Assembly (NCBI RefSeq): GCF_000018785.1
Contig: NC_010163.1
Location: forward strand, 990,001 to 1,022,000
Direction of reading: 5' to 3'
Length of the DNA: 32,000 bases
Origin: Acholeplasma laidlawii PG-8A
GTDB taxonomy: Bacteria > Bacillota_I > Bacilli_A > Acholeplasmatales > Acholeplasmataceae
A model generated the notes under the pieces. It had not been told where the DNA came from. It did not search any database and worked only from the letters and a program-made list of their open reading frames with translations. The stretch's first letter is position 1. The number at the start of each line of letters is the position of its first letter. Positions 21,105 to 29,661 of this stretch are shown piece after piece. Both the position numbers and the translations under genes were made by a program.

Positions 21105-21478
21105 CTCACCCCACTTTTACTTGTTAATGCATTGATGATTGTAGCAATCTGTATAATAGAAAACCCAGTGACTAAACTAATACCTATAAACTCTAGATTA
21201 GCACTATCTTTATTTAGCCAAATAACTAAAAATGCAACAATTACATAAATCATATATCTAAGAAATAAGGTACTAAATACAGTAATTTGATTGATCTCTT
21301 TATAACGTTCAATACGCTCTAATAAAAAGTAATTACCAATAGTAATCACGCCCGCGATTAAGAAATAAAGGAGTAGATCTAAAAATAAGGTACTATAAAT
21401 AATTGTACCTATAAGTAATAACATGCCTGCATAAACATACGTTTTTTTTAAATTAATCGCTTTGTCCGTTTTCTTCAT
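21101..21478 (-). CDS. atpI: ATP synthase protein I (AtpI)-like small membrane protein
   Basis: 125 aa with about 4 TM, immediately upstream of atpB with an ATGA overlap. Assigned by position and topology. Confidence 0.55.
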   Translation of the reverse strand: MKKTDKAINLKKTYVYAGMLLLIGTIIYSTLFLDLLLYFLIAGVITIGNYFLLERIERYKEINQITVFSTLFLRYMIYVIVAFLVIWLNKDSANLEFIGISLVTGFSIIQIATIINALTSKSGVR

Positions 21479-21692
21479 TATCTACCTTGGTTAACCTTTC
21501 ATTCCTAAAAAATTGATACAACAATAACATGCTAACAAATAAGCCTAGAATTAAACCGATACCTGAATATAATGCTTCACTAGTACCATCTGGATCTTGA
21601 TATTTACCAAGCATGGCACCTAATATGCCCCCCAGTATCATGTTGAATATAAACTGGGTTACTAACACATAAACTTTAATTGCTCTTCTCAT
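21453..21692 (-). CDS. AtpZ/ATPase_gene1-like two-TM protein at the head of the atp operon
   Basis: 79 aa with two hydrophobic helices and a short loop (GKYQDPDGTSE). It overlaps atpI by 26 nt. This resembles the atpZ-atpI arrangement known from Bacillus. Confidence 0.45.
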   Translation of the reverse strand: MRRAIKVYVLVTQFIFNMILGGILGAMLGKYQDPDGTSEALYSGIGLILGLFVSMLLLYQFFRNERLTKVDNEENGQSD

Positions 21693-21746
21693 GTTATCAC
21701 CACTTGTTTAAGTCTTATTTATAAAAAATAGTTATTTCTTATTTAA

Positions 21747-21775
21747 ATTATAACATAAAACAGCCCTAATCTAAA
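21747..21775 (-). promoter_or_regulatory. Candidate sigma-A promoter of the atp operon
   Basis: On the minus strand: TTTAGA (21775-21770), a 17-nt spacer, then an extended -10 TGTTATAAT (21755-21747). It lies about 55 nt upstream of the atpZ-like start. Confidence 0.4.
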
Positions 21776-21842
21776 ATGATTTGTCTAATATGTTATTAAT
21801 CTTTATATTGATACTAAATGCCTTATAGTAAGCCATTAAACA

Positions 21843-21886
21843 TAAAAGAAATACACAGATATACCGTTATAAGTATATCTGTGTAT
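21843..21886 (-). terminator. Terminator of the ABC-tldD-pmbA operon
   Basis: Perfect 13-bp inverted repeat ATACACAGATATA (21851-21863) / TATATCTGTGTAT (21874-21886). The minus-strand tail is TTCTTTTATG. It starts 7 nt after the pmbA stop. Confidence 0.6.
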
Positions 21887-21892
21887 CTGGGA

Positions 21893-23206
21893 TTATTTTT
21901 CTTCACCTGAGACCATAAGCTCACCAACGTGTACCGTTGGAGAACCAGTGCCTGAAACATCAAATGTGAGGTCTGAACCAATACCTTGAATATTCTTTAA
22001 TACATCAAACCAGTTTCCTGATAAGACAACCATTTTAACTGCATGGTCTAGTTTACCATCTTTAATAAATACGCCGCCAGCTTGTAAGCTAAAGCTTCCA
22101 TTAGAATGGTTCACACCTGCGTGTAATCCAACAAGATCAGTGACATAGAAACCTTCTTTAATGTCTTTAATTAATTCATTAAAGTCTTTTTTACCAGGTT
22201 CTAAGTATAATCCAGCAGGTCCAATGCCACCACCAAATGCGTTACCAGTTGGTGTTTCATTAAATAACTTAGCTGTTTTTAATGAATGTAAGAAGCCTGT
22301 GAATACACCATTATCAATAATCTTTTTAGGATTTGATGCAACGCCTTCATCATCGAATGAGTTTTGGAATGGTGCTAATTCATTTAACGGATCATCCCAC
22401 AGATTAAAGCCTTCTACTGCAATTTGTTGACCCTTTTTATCTTTAAGTGGTGTCATTTTACGGTAAGCCGCCTCACCTGAGAATAGCCCAGAGAACACGC
22501 CTAACATATCACCAAATCTTTTAGCCGAGAATACGGTGTTATACTTTTTAGTTTTAATCGATTTACCATCTAATTTAGATAGACCATTATCAATAGTCTT
22601 TTGAGCATCTTTTGCGGCATCAAAGTCACTAAACTTCTTAGCCAGTGTAATATCAAAACCTGTTTTGATATCACCATTTTTCTCAAAGATACCTACTGCA
22701 TATGCATAAGAGAAATTATGTTTTCTAGTTAAGTTTAGTCCTTTAGAGTTAATGATGGTTGTTTCACCATAACTTTCAGAGTAACTTGTAGTATCTACTT
22801 GTTTAACAAATTCATTAGCTAATACATTTTTTTCTAGTGCGATTAAGTAATCAATCTTTTCGTTAACCGGAACACTATCAAAATCAAATGTGTTTTCTTT
22901 AACTACAGGGTAACTTGGTGAACCCTCAAATATAATTGCAGGTTCTTTAACAGTTAAAGCCTCTGCATTTAATTTAAGTAAATCAAATGCTTTATCAACT
23001 GCTTCATCTGATAAGTCTTCTAAAACAAAACTTACTAATTTCTCATCATATACTGCACGGATTTTAGCTTTTTCAACATCAGAGGTCGTTAGATTTTCAA
23101 CTTTACCTTGATAGACTTCAATAGATAAACTCTTTGATCTTGTTGAAAAGATTTCTACATCACTAAAGCCTTTTTTTAATCCTAATTCAATCCAATTTTT
23201 AAACAT
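21893..23206 (-). CDS. pmbA: PmbA/TldE-family protein (partner of the TldD metalloprotease)
   Basis: 437 aa with the family-typical N-terminus GFSDVEIFSTRSKSLSIEVYQGKVE and a Gly-rich C-terminal half. It has no HExxxH motif. TAATG overlap with tldD, and GGAGG RBS. Confidence 0.8.
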   Translation of the reverse strand: MFKNWIELGLKKGFSDVEIFSTRSKSLSIEVYQGKVENLTTSDVEKAKIRAVYDEKLVSFVLEDLSDEAVDKAFDLLKLNAEALTVKEPAIIFEGSPSYPVVKENTFDFDSVPVNEKIDYLIALEKNVLANEFVKQVDTTSYSESYGETTIINSKGLNLTRKHNFSYAYAVGIFEKNGDIKTGFDITLAKKFSDFDAAKDAQKTIDNGLSKLDGKSIKTKKYNTVFSAKRFGDMLGVFSGLFSGEAAYRKMTPLKDKKGQQIAVEGFNLWDDPLNELAPFQNSFDDEGVASNPKKIIDNGVFTGFLHSLKTAKLFNETPTGNAFGGGIGPAGLYLEPGKKDFNELIKDIKEGFYVTDLVGLHAGVNHSNGSFSLQAGGVFIKDGKLDHAVKMVVLSGNWFDVLKNIQGIGSDLTFDVSGTGSPTVHVGELMVSGEEK

Positions 23207-24591
23207 TATTTGTTACCTCCTTGACCACCGACAAGCATTTTAGATACACGAATTGTCGGTTGACCTACATCAGTAGGAATAGATCCTGATGCTGCACCAC
23301 ACATACCTTGTCCATATGTTTTATTGTTTGCTACACGGTCAATTAATTGAATTGTTTCTGCACCATGACCAATTAACATTGCACCTCTTACAGGTTTTGT
23401 TAATTTACCATCTTCAATCATATAACCTTCCATAACAGCAAAGTTATATTCACCTGTTGCAGGGTTTACTGTACCGCCACCTAACTTCTTAGCGAATAAA
23501 CCATATTTTGTATCTTTAATGATATCTTCATATTCTTCAGTACCATTTTCAATATAGGTTGTATTCATTCTAGCTGTCGGAGGAAACTTATAACTTTGGC
23601 GTCTACCAGAACCGGTAGATTCATAGTTCATACGTTTACCACTTCTATAGTCTGATAAGTATCCTTTTAAAACACCTTTTTCAATCAGTAAGTTTTTACG
23701 TGTTTTGTTACCTTCATCGTCAAATGTTGTACGGCCCCATTGACCATCTTCATCACCATCATCATATGCTGTAACCACTTCACTAGCTACTTTTTGACCA
23801 AGTTTACCTGCAAACGGTGATAAACCTTTAGATACTGCAGATGTTTCAAGAGGATGCCCTACAGCTTCATGGAAAATCACGCCACCAAAGCCATTGTGAA
23901 TGACAACAGGCATTTCTTGTGGTTCCATATTATCTGCATAAAGGTAAGTCATAACTGAATGTCCTACATCTTTTGCTAGTGCTTTCAAATCGATTTCATC
24001 AAAGATTTCAAAGCCCATGTTTCTACCTGGTGCCTCATATGCATCTTGCATCAGTTCACCATCTTGAGCAACTGCAGATAATACAACACGTGTATACGTT
24101 CTTACATCATCTTGATAAATACCATTTGAATTAGCAATGAGTACTTTTTGTTCCCATTCAACCAGTGATGCTCCAGCTTGAATAATTTTATCATCATGAT
24201 CTTTAATGATATGAGATAACTCAATTAATTTCTTTGATTTTTCAGCTGGTGTCACTGAATTAAATGGAATTTTAATGTTATTTACATAAGGTAATTTATC
24301 ACCTAATGGTTTCACCTTATTTGGTGCATCATTAAATGACCCTCTTAAAGTTAACATTAATTTTTCAATTGATTGATAACTTGTATCATTTGAGTAACCA
24401 TACACTTCATCGATGCCCTTTAATAAACGAACACCCACGCCATAAGTATTTCCGCCACCGGCAGAAATTACATCACCATTGTTTACGGTGATTCGACCAC
24501 TATATGTGTCTTCTAAAAATATTTCAGAAAAATCTGCACCTGTTTCCAGTCCCAAACCTAATAATGTTTCTAATTCTTTTTTACTAAACAT
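23206..24591 (-). CDS. tldD: TldD-family zinc metalloprotease
   Basis: HEAVGHPLE (HExxxH) motif, plus GADFSEIFLEDTYS and GMCGAASGSIPTDVGQPT. Start set to ATG 24591 (MFSKKELETLLG), preceded by AAGGAAGGTGA. The track's longer ORF to 24648 would overlap the ABC gene by 65 nt. Confidence 0.85.
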   Translation of the reverse strand: MFSKKELETLLGLGLETGADFSEIFLEDTYSGRITVNNGDVISAGGGNTYGVGVRLLKGIDEVYGYSNDTSYQSIEKLMLTLRGSFNDAPNKVKPLGDKLPYVNNIKIPFNSVTPAEKSKKLIELSHIIKDHDDKIIQAGASLVEWEQKVLIANSNGIYQDDVRTYTRVVLSAVAQDGELMQDAYEAPGRNMGFEIFDEIDLKALAKDVGHSVMTYLYADNMEPQEMPVVIHNGFGGVIFHEAVGHPLETSAVSKGLSPFAGKLGQKVASEVVTAYDDGDEDGQWGRTTFDDEGNKTRKNLLIEKGVLKGYLSDYRSGKRMNYESTGSGRRQSYKFPPTARMNTTYIENGTEEYEDIIKDTKYGLFAKKLGGGTVNPATGEYNFAVMEGYMIEDGKLTKPVRGAMLIGHGAETIQLIDRVANNKTYGQGMCGAASGSIPTDVGQPTIRVSKMLVGGQGGNK

Positions 24592-26380
24592 GTGTTTCAC
24601 CTTCCTTTTTGTCATATTGCAATTGATATAGGTTATAGTATAACCCATTTTGTTTTAAAAGTTCTTGATGTTTACCTGATTCTACAATTTCACCTTTACT
24701 CATAACAATAATTCTATCACTATGTTGAATAGTAGATAGTCTATGTGCAACAATAAGCATTGTAGAAATATTCATCATTTTATTTAAGGATTCTTGAATA
24801 ATTGTTTCTGTTTCAGAGTCAATGTTTGCTGTTGCCTCATCTAGAATCATCAGACTCGGATTATAGACAACTGCTCTAGCAAAACTAATTAATTGTCTTT
24901 CACCACTACTAAAGTTGTTACCACGTTCTTTAACCACATGATCTAAACCTTCAGGTAGCTTGTTTAAGATATAATCTAGACCCACATAATTACTTGCACG
25001 TTTAATGTCTTCATCTGTAATATCAGGGTCACCAAGTGTGATGTTATCTCTAATGGTTCCACTAAATAAGAAGACATCTTGTAGCATTTGACCAACAAAT
25101 TTACGTAAGGATGAACGCTTAATGGTTTTAATATCAATCCCATCAATAAGGATTTGTCCCTTTTGGATATCGTAGTTTCTAACAATCAATTGTAGAATTG
25201 TTGTTTTACCACTACCTGTGGCACCAACAAATGCTACCGTTTCATTTGGATTGACTTTAAAGGAAACATCTTTTAAGATCCATTCACCTTCAATATAGCT
25301 AAACCAAACGTTTTTAAATTCGATTTGTCCATCAAATTTCTTTAGTTCAATCGCGTCCACATCATCTATAATATCTGGTTTTGTATCTAAGACGTCAAAT
25401 ATTTTTTCTGCTGAACTAAAACCATTTTGAAGTGCATTAAATTGTTCAGATATTTGCTGTATTGGTTCGAAGAACTGTCCAACATAAATGTAAAATGAAA
25501 TAAATAATCCGACACTTAAGGCACCATCAATGACGGTTGTTACACCAAAGTATACTGTAAGGATAGTAGCTATCATAGAAATCATCCAAATAATCGGTCT
25601 ATAAATACCAAATGTATTGATTTCTCTATAATAACTTTTCATTAACTTATCATTTAATAACTTAAAGTTTTGAACCTTCTTTTCTTCTTGATTAAATATT
25701 TGAGTGATTTTCATACCACTTAAGTTTTCAGATAAATAGCCATTGAGTTCTGAAATGTTTGTACGCACATTTCTATATGCTGTTCTTGAGTATTTCCTAA
25801 AAATGGAGCTTGCTAGTAAGATAAGTGGTAAGGTTAAGAAAGTTAGGAGTGCCATTTGCCAATTTAGTACTAATAGCACAACTGCAATCACAATCATCAT
25901 AAGAACGTTTCTTAATAGGTTAACAATCGTGTTTGTAAACATATCAGAAATGTTACCTGGGTCATTTGTTGCACGAGTAACTAATTTACCTACTGGTAAT
26001 AAATTGATTTGACCAATTGATAAATTTTCAATATGTTCAAATACTTCTTTTCGCATGACGTGCGTCACATCTTGGCCAATTTCTTGTAAGATACGTTGTT
26101 GGAAAAATCCAACAACAACACTAATCATTAAAATGACTAAACCTATAAGTGTAGCAACTGCTAATGCTAGCATCTTTTGATCGTTTGTTACATCTGTTTT
26201 AGTCATATAGTCAATCGACCAACCGGTTGCAAGTGGTAATACAAGATTTGTAAATATCGTAACAAACATCATAAAGAATGCACCAATGAACTTACCTCTA
26301 TACGGTTTTAAGTATTTTAATAATCGCTTAATTAATGTTTTATCAGCATGTGCGGCATGGTTGTCTTGAAAATCACGCAT
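24584..26380 (-). CDS. ABC exporter half-transporter (TMD-NBD), consensus-Walker-B partner of a heterodimer
   Basis: Six-TM N-terminal half. Walker A GATGSGKTT, Walker B LMILDEATANID, non-canonical signature FSSGERQ, H-loop VAHRLST. Probable start is ATG 26380, 5 nt after AAGGTGA; the track used GTG 26389. Confidence 0.85.
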   Translation of the reverse strand: MRDFQDNHAAHADKTLIKRLLKYLKPYRGKFIGAFFMMFVTIFTNLVLPLATGWSIDYMTKTDVTNDQKMLALAVATLIGLVILMISVVVGFFQQRILQEIGQDVTHVMRKEVFEHIENLSIGQINLLPVGKLVTRATNDPGNISDMFTNTIVNLLRNVLMMIVIAVVLLVLNWQMALLTFLTLPLILLASSIFRKYSRTAYRNVRTNISELNGYLSENLSGMKITQIFNQEEKKVQNFKLLNDKLMKSYYREINTFGIYRPIIWMISMIATILTVYFGVTTVIDGALSVGLFISFYIYVGQFFEPIQQISEQFNALQNGFSSAEKIFDVLDTKPDIIDDVDAIELKKFDGQIEFKNVWFSYIEGEWILKDVSFKVNPNETVAFVGATGSGKTTILQLIVRNYDIQKGQILIDGIDIKTIKRSSLRKFVGQMLQDVFLFSGTIRDNITLGDPDITDEDIKRASNYVGLDYILNKLPEGLDHVVKERGNNFSSGERQLISFARAVVYNPSLMILDEATANIDSETETIIQESLNKMMNISTMLIVAHRLSTIQHSDRIIVMSKGEIVESGKHQELLKQNGLYYNLYQLQYDKKEGETHV

Positions 26381-28136
26381 GTTGTTCACCTTCTTCCACT
26401 AATGCTTCTAATGTTTGTAGTTTCACCATTTCTTGGTAAGTAGGATTTGTTTTTAATAGTTCTTTATGTGTACCTAATCCAATAATACGACCTTCTTCAA
26501 TTAATATAATCTTATCTAGATTTTTAACGGTTGAAATACGGTGAGCTATCATTAAAGTTGTTCGACCTTTTCTAATTTTTCTTAAGTTAGATATAATTGC
26601 TTCTTCAGTTTTTGTATCTACTGCAGATACAGAGTCATCTAGGATTAAAATGGTTGGATCTTTTGCGAGTGCTCTAGCAATAGAAATACGTTGTTTTTGA
26701 CCACCTGATACAGTTGTTCCACGTTCACCTAAGATGGTGTCATATTGTTCTTTAAAGGACATCACGTTTTCATAGATATCAGATAGCTTGGATACTTCAT
26801 GTAACCAGTCTTCATCAATTTGATCTTTAAATGAAAAACCAATATTGTTTCTAATCGTGTCTGAATATAAGAAGTTATCTTGTGGTACATAACCAATATG
26901 ATCTCTTAATGCCTTAATAGAGATATCGGTCATATCATGTCCACTATAGCTAATCATGTTTGGTTTTGGTTGATATACGTGAAGTAGTAATTCTACTAAG
27001 GTAGATTTACCAGAACCAGTTTTACCTAAAATACCCACCATTTCACCAGCTTTAATCTCAAAGTTCATATCTTTTAATACGTATTCATCGCTATCTGGAT
27101 AATTAAAGTTTAGATTTTCCACTTTGATGTGCCCATCAAGTTTAACTTCTTCTAAAACTCCTGGTTTATCAACAACATCTGGTTTTGTTTCTAAGAATCC
27201 ATAAATTCTTTTAGCGGATGCTTGAGCTTGACCGTTGACCATCATAAACCAAGATAGCGCGAATACTGGCCATAACAACGTAAAGAAGTAACTAATATAT
27301 TCCGTTAAATCACCTGATTTCAATTCATTTTGTGCAATTAAAATTGAACCATATACGATAACAGATAAAATCACTAAAGTAATCATGACGTCAATAATAA
27401 TGTTGACAACAATCGAGTACTTCACATGGGTCATCGTTGTATCATATAGTTTTTTTGATTTTCGATCAAAAGTTATTGCTTCTTTAGCTTCTCTGACATA
27501 CGCTTTTATCACTTGAATACCTGTAAAGGATTCTTGAGTAAAGTCACTCATTTGTTCAAATGATTCTTGGCGTAATTTAAACTTAGCTTGCATCTTTCTA
27601 TTTAAGAAATATACTAAGACACCCATAAGTAGGATTGGTATACCTGCATAAAGGGTCATCACTAGGTTTAAACTAAACATTCTAATTAAGACCATTGCCC
27701 CTAAAAATAGACCGTCTACAAGCATTAAGAGTCCAAAACCATATAATTCTTTAACTGAATTAAGATCGTTAATGAAGTAACTCATTAAACCACCTATTTT
27801 TTGATTAGAATAGAAGTTTTGGGATAACTTGGCTGCGTGTTCAAACATATGTAGTCTAATATCTGTTTCTACTTTTCTACCATTACCAAATAGTAGCACA
27901 CGCCATAAATAACGTCCTACAGTCATAAATATTACTATCCCAATGAGATAGTAAATTAGGTTTAAGATGTCACCTACTTGTGTCACCGTACCTTCTTCTA
28001 CACCTGTAATGACTTGATTAAATATTCTAGGAATTTCTAGTTGAAAGTAATCTAGGCCAATGAGTAATAAAATACCCAATAGAAATGACCATCCATATTT
28101 AATGTAATAATGTCTAAAATGTTTTAATAATATCAT
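26373..28136 (-). CDS. ABC exporter half-transporter (TMD-NBD), degenerate-site partner of a heterodimer
   Basis: Walker A GKTGSGKST, signature VSGGQKQR, and Walker B ILILDDSVSAVD, where Asp replaces the catalytic Glu. H-loop IAHRIST. RBS AAGAGGT. Confidence 0.85.
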   Translation of the reverse strand: MILLKHFRHYYIKYGWSFLLGILLLIGLDYFQLEIPRIFNQVITGVEEGTVTQVGDILNLIYYLIGIVIFMTVGRYLWRVLLFGNGRKVETDIRLHMFEHAAKLSQNFYSNQKIGGLMSYFINDLNSVKELYGFGLLMLVDGLFLGAMVLIRMFSLNLVMTLYAGIPILLMGVLVYFLNRKMQAKFKLRQESFEQMSDFTQESFTGIQVIKAYVREAKEAITFDRKSKKLYDTTMTHVKYSIVVNIIIDVMITLVILSVIVYGSILIAQNELKSGDLTEYISYFFTLLWPVFALSWFMMVNGQAQASAKRIYGFLETKPDVVDKPGVLEEVKLDGHIKVENLNFNYPDSDEYVLKDMNFEIKAGEMVGILGKTGSGKSTLVELLLHVYQPKPNMISYSGHDMTDISIKALRDHIGYVPQDNFLYSDTIRNNIGFSFKDQIDEDWLHEVSKLSDIYENVMSFKEQYDTILGERGTTVSGGQKQRISIARALAKDPTILILDDSVSAVDTKTEEAIISNLRKIRKGRTTLMIAHRISTVKNLDKIILIEEGRIIGLGTHKELLKTNPTYQEMVKLQTLEALVEEGEQHA

Positions 28137-28284
28137 CTTGTTTTATACCTCTTAACTATTCTATCAAAAATGTGGAAATTATTTGATTTTAAACCTTGTT
28201 TTTGTAGTAATAGTTATCTGTTTTAATTTTTTTATATATAACTAGCCTTATTTTATAAGATTCCTTATATCAGGCGTTACAAAC

Positions 28285-28320
28285 ATAAACTATCCGATGT
28301 TATTTTATCGGATAGTTTAT
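28285..28320 (-). terminator. Hairpin terminator after the three-gene small-protein cassette
   Basis: Perfect 14-bp inverted repeat ATAAACTATCCGAT / ATCGGATAGTTTAT with an 8-nt loop, starting 5 nt after the stop at 28325. The T-tail is weak (GTTTGTAA). Confidence 0.5.
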
Positions 28321-28324
28321 GGAC

Positions 28325-28705
28325 TTACTCAACAATAATTCTAACCTTATCGCCGTCTTCTGTATCAACAGTTAGAATCTCACCTAATACACCTTGATTG
28401 ACCATCATAAGAATAGAATCTAAATCGATTTCATAATCATCTAGTTTTGCATTACCAAACTTACCGTTTTTTAAGAGTTTTGCAAACTCAACTGGAATAT
28501 TGATTCTAACCTTTTCACCATCAGCTGTATCTACTATGATCTTTAACATTCTAAATGATTGTTTCTTCTCATTTGGTACCGTGATAAGTTCTTGTTCTGG
28601 TTTATCCATGAGTGCAGATAGTAATTTTTCAGCCTCATCTGGTGTGATGACACCTGATTTTAGTAATTCTAATATTTGAAGTCTTTCTTCTTTTAAGTTA
28701 TCCAT
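28325..28705 (-). CDS. Small soluble protein with an N-terminal SHOCT-like helix motif and a duplicated VDT.DG.KVRI motif
   Basis: ILELLKSGVITPDEAEKLLSAL resembles the SHOCT / LiaX-YvlB N-terminal motif. KIIVDTADGEKVRINIP and ILTVDTEDGDKVRIIVE form an internal repeat. TAATG overlap with the upstream gene. Confidence 0.6.
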   Translation of the reverse strand: MDNLKEERLQILELLKSGVITPDEAEKLLSALMDKPEQELITVPNEKKQSFRMLKIIVDTADGEKVRINIPVEFAKLLKNGKFGNAKLDDYEIDLDSILMMVNQGVLGEILTVDTEDGDKVRIIVE

Positions 28706-29145
28706 TATTCGGTTTCTCCTTTAACTTTTTTAATGATTTTAATTGCTTCTTCAACTTTCATTTCACCAGTTTTAATTTTATTTAAGATTTCTTGTTGTTT
28801 ATTTTTAATATAAACTTCATCAATTTTAACTGGTTGAACCTTAACTCTTACAGGTTCATCATCATCTTCATCTACACTGTAACCAAGTGATGTGATTGCT
28901 TCATCTAAGTACTTTTTAACTGTAGGGTAGCTAATATTCATCTCTTTTTCTACCGCTTTGATGTTACCTCTGTTTTTAACAAATACCTCTATAAAGTAAA
29001 GTGTTTCTTTATGGATATAGTTAAACTTTGAAAAACTAAATTCACCCTTAATTTCCGTGTGACAATGATCACACGCTAAATGCGTAATATGTAAATCTTT
29101 ATTACATACAGGGCAGATTGTTATAACGTTATGTTTATTTGACAT
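28705..29145 (-). CDS. DUF2089-family protein (N-terminal Zn-ribbon plus HTH)
   Basis: CPVC-x13-CDHC zinc ribbon. FIEVFVKNRGNIKAVEKEMNISYPTVKKYLDEAITSLGY matches the DUF2089 core as I recall it. RBS GAGGAA. Confidence 0.7.
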   Translation of the reverse strand: MSNKHNVITICPVCNKDLHITHLACDHCHTEIKGEFSFSKFNYIHKETLYFIEVFVKNRGNIKAVEKEMNISYPTVKKYLDEAITSLGYSVDEDDDEPVRVKVQPVKIDEVYIKNKQQEILNKIKTGEMKVEEAIKIIKKVKGETE

Positions 29146-29162
29146 TTTTTATTCCTCATTTC

Positions 29163-29495
29163 TTAAAGTGTTTTTATTTTTATATAAGCATCTTTTGAAT
29201 CTACTTCGATGTAGACGTGCTTTGATGTGATAAGTTGGATTAAATCTTTGTTTGTTATAAAGTCATTGTCTAAGCTCTTTCTTTTGATGAAGAACTTAAT
29301 GAGTCCTGTAGGTATTGGAAGTATTGTAAATAAAGAGAATATACCTGTGAAGATGGGGTGATCTTTAAAACGAAACTTTACTTTGATGAAGTGTGTCTGC
29401 TTCAATTTAACTTTTACATTATAAAGTAATTGATAAGCTTCTTCTACACTCAGTTTTTGATGGTAAACTTTATTTAATGTTTTAATTTGTTTCAT
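29163..29495 (-). CDS. Hypothetical small membrane protein (110 aa), first gene of the DUF2089 cassette
   Basis: Central hydrophobic segment IFTGIFSLFTILPIPTGLIKFFI, N-terminal KLSVEEAYQLLY motif, C-terminal YIEVDSKDAYIKIK. RBS AAGGAAAG. Preceded by a near-consensus promoter. Confidence 0.55.
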   Translation of the reverse strand: MKQIKTLNKVYHQKLSVEEAYQLLYNVKVKLKQTHFIKVKFRFKDHPIFTGIFSLFTILPIPTGLIKFFIKRKSLDNDFITNKDLIQLITSKHVYIEVDSKDAYIKIKTL

Positions 29496-29535
29496 TTTTT
29501 CAATACTTTCCTTAATATTTTTAATTTACACATTG

Positions 29536-29564
29536 ATTTTATTGCTTATAATTAACTTTGTCAA
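29536..29564 (-). promoter_or_regulatory. Near-consensus sigma-A promoter of the DUF2089 cassette
   Basis: On the minus strand: TTGACA (29564-29559), a 17-nt spacer, then TAAAAT (29541-29536). It lies about 40 nt upstream of ATG 29495. Confidence 0.55.
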
Positions 29565-29611
29565 CACTTTTGATTTAAAAAATTAAAAAAATTAATTCCG
29601 ACGTTAATTTT

Positions 29612-29640
29612 TTCAAATTTTCAGTTTATTTTTGTATAAT
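29612..29640 (+). promoter_or_regulatory. Candidate sigma-A promoter of pepT
   Basis: TTCAAA (29612-29617), a 17-nt spacer, then TATAAT (29635-29640). RBS GTGAGGT lies before ATG 29662. Confidence 0.45.
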
Positions 29641-29661
29641 ATATATAAGTGAGGTATATAT

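Noticed and set aside
28137-28284. Search for a small precursor-peptide gene upstream of the ABC-TldD-PmbA operon.
   Set aside because: The minus strand of this interval contains no ATG-initiated ORF. Only promoter-like AT-rich sequence and the RBS of the first ABC gene are present.
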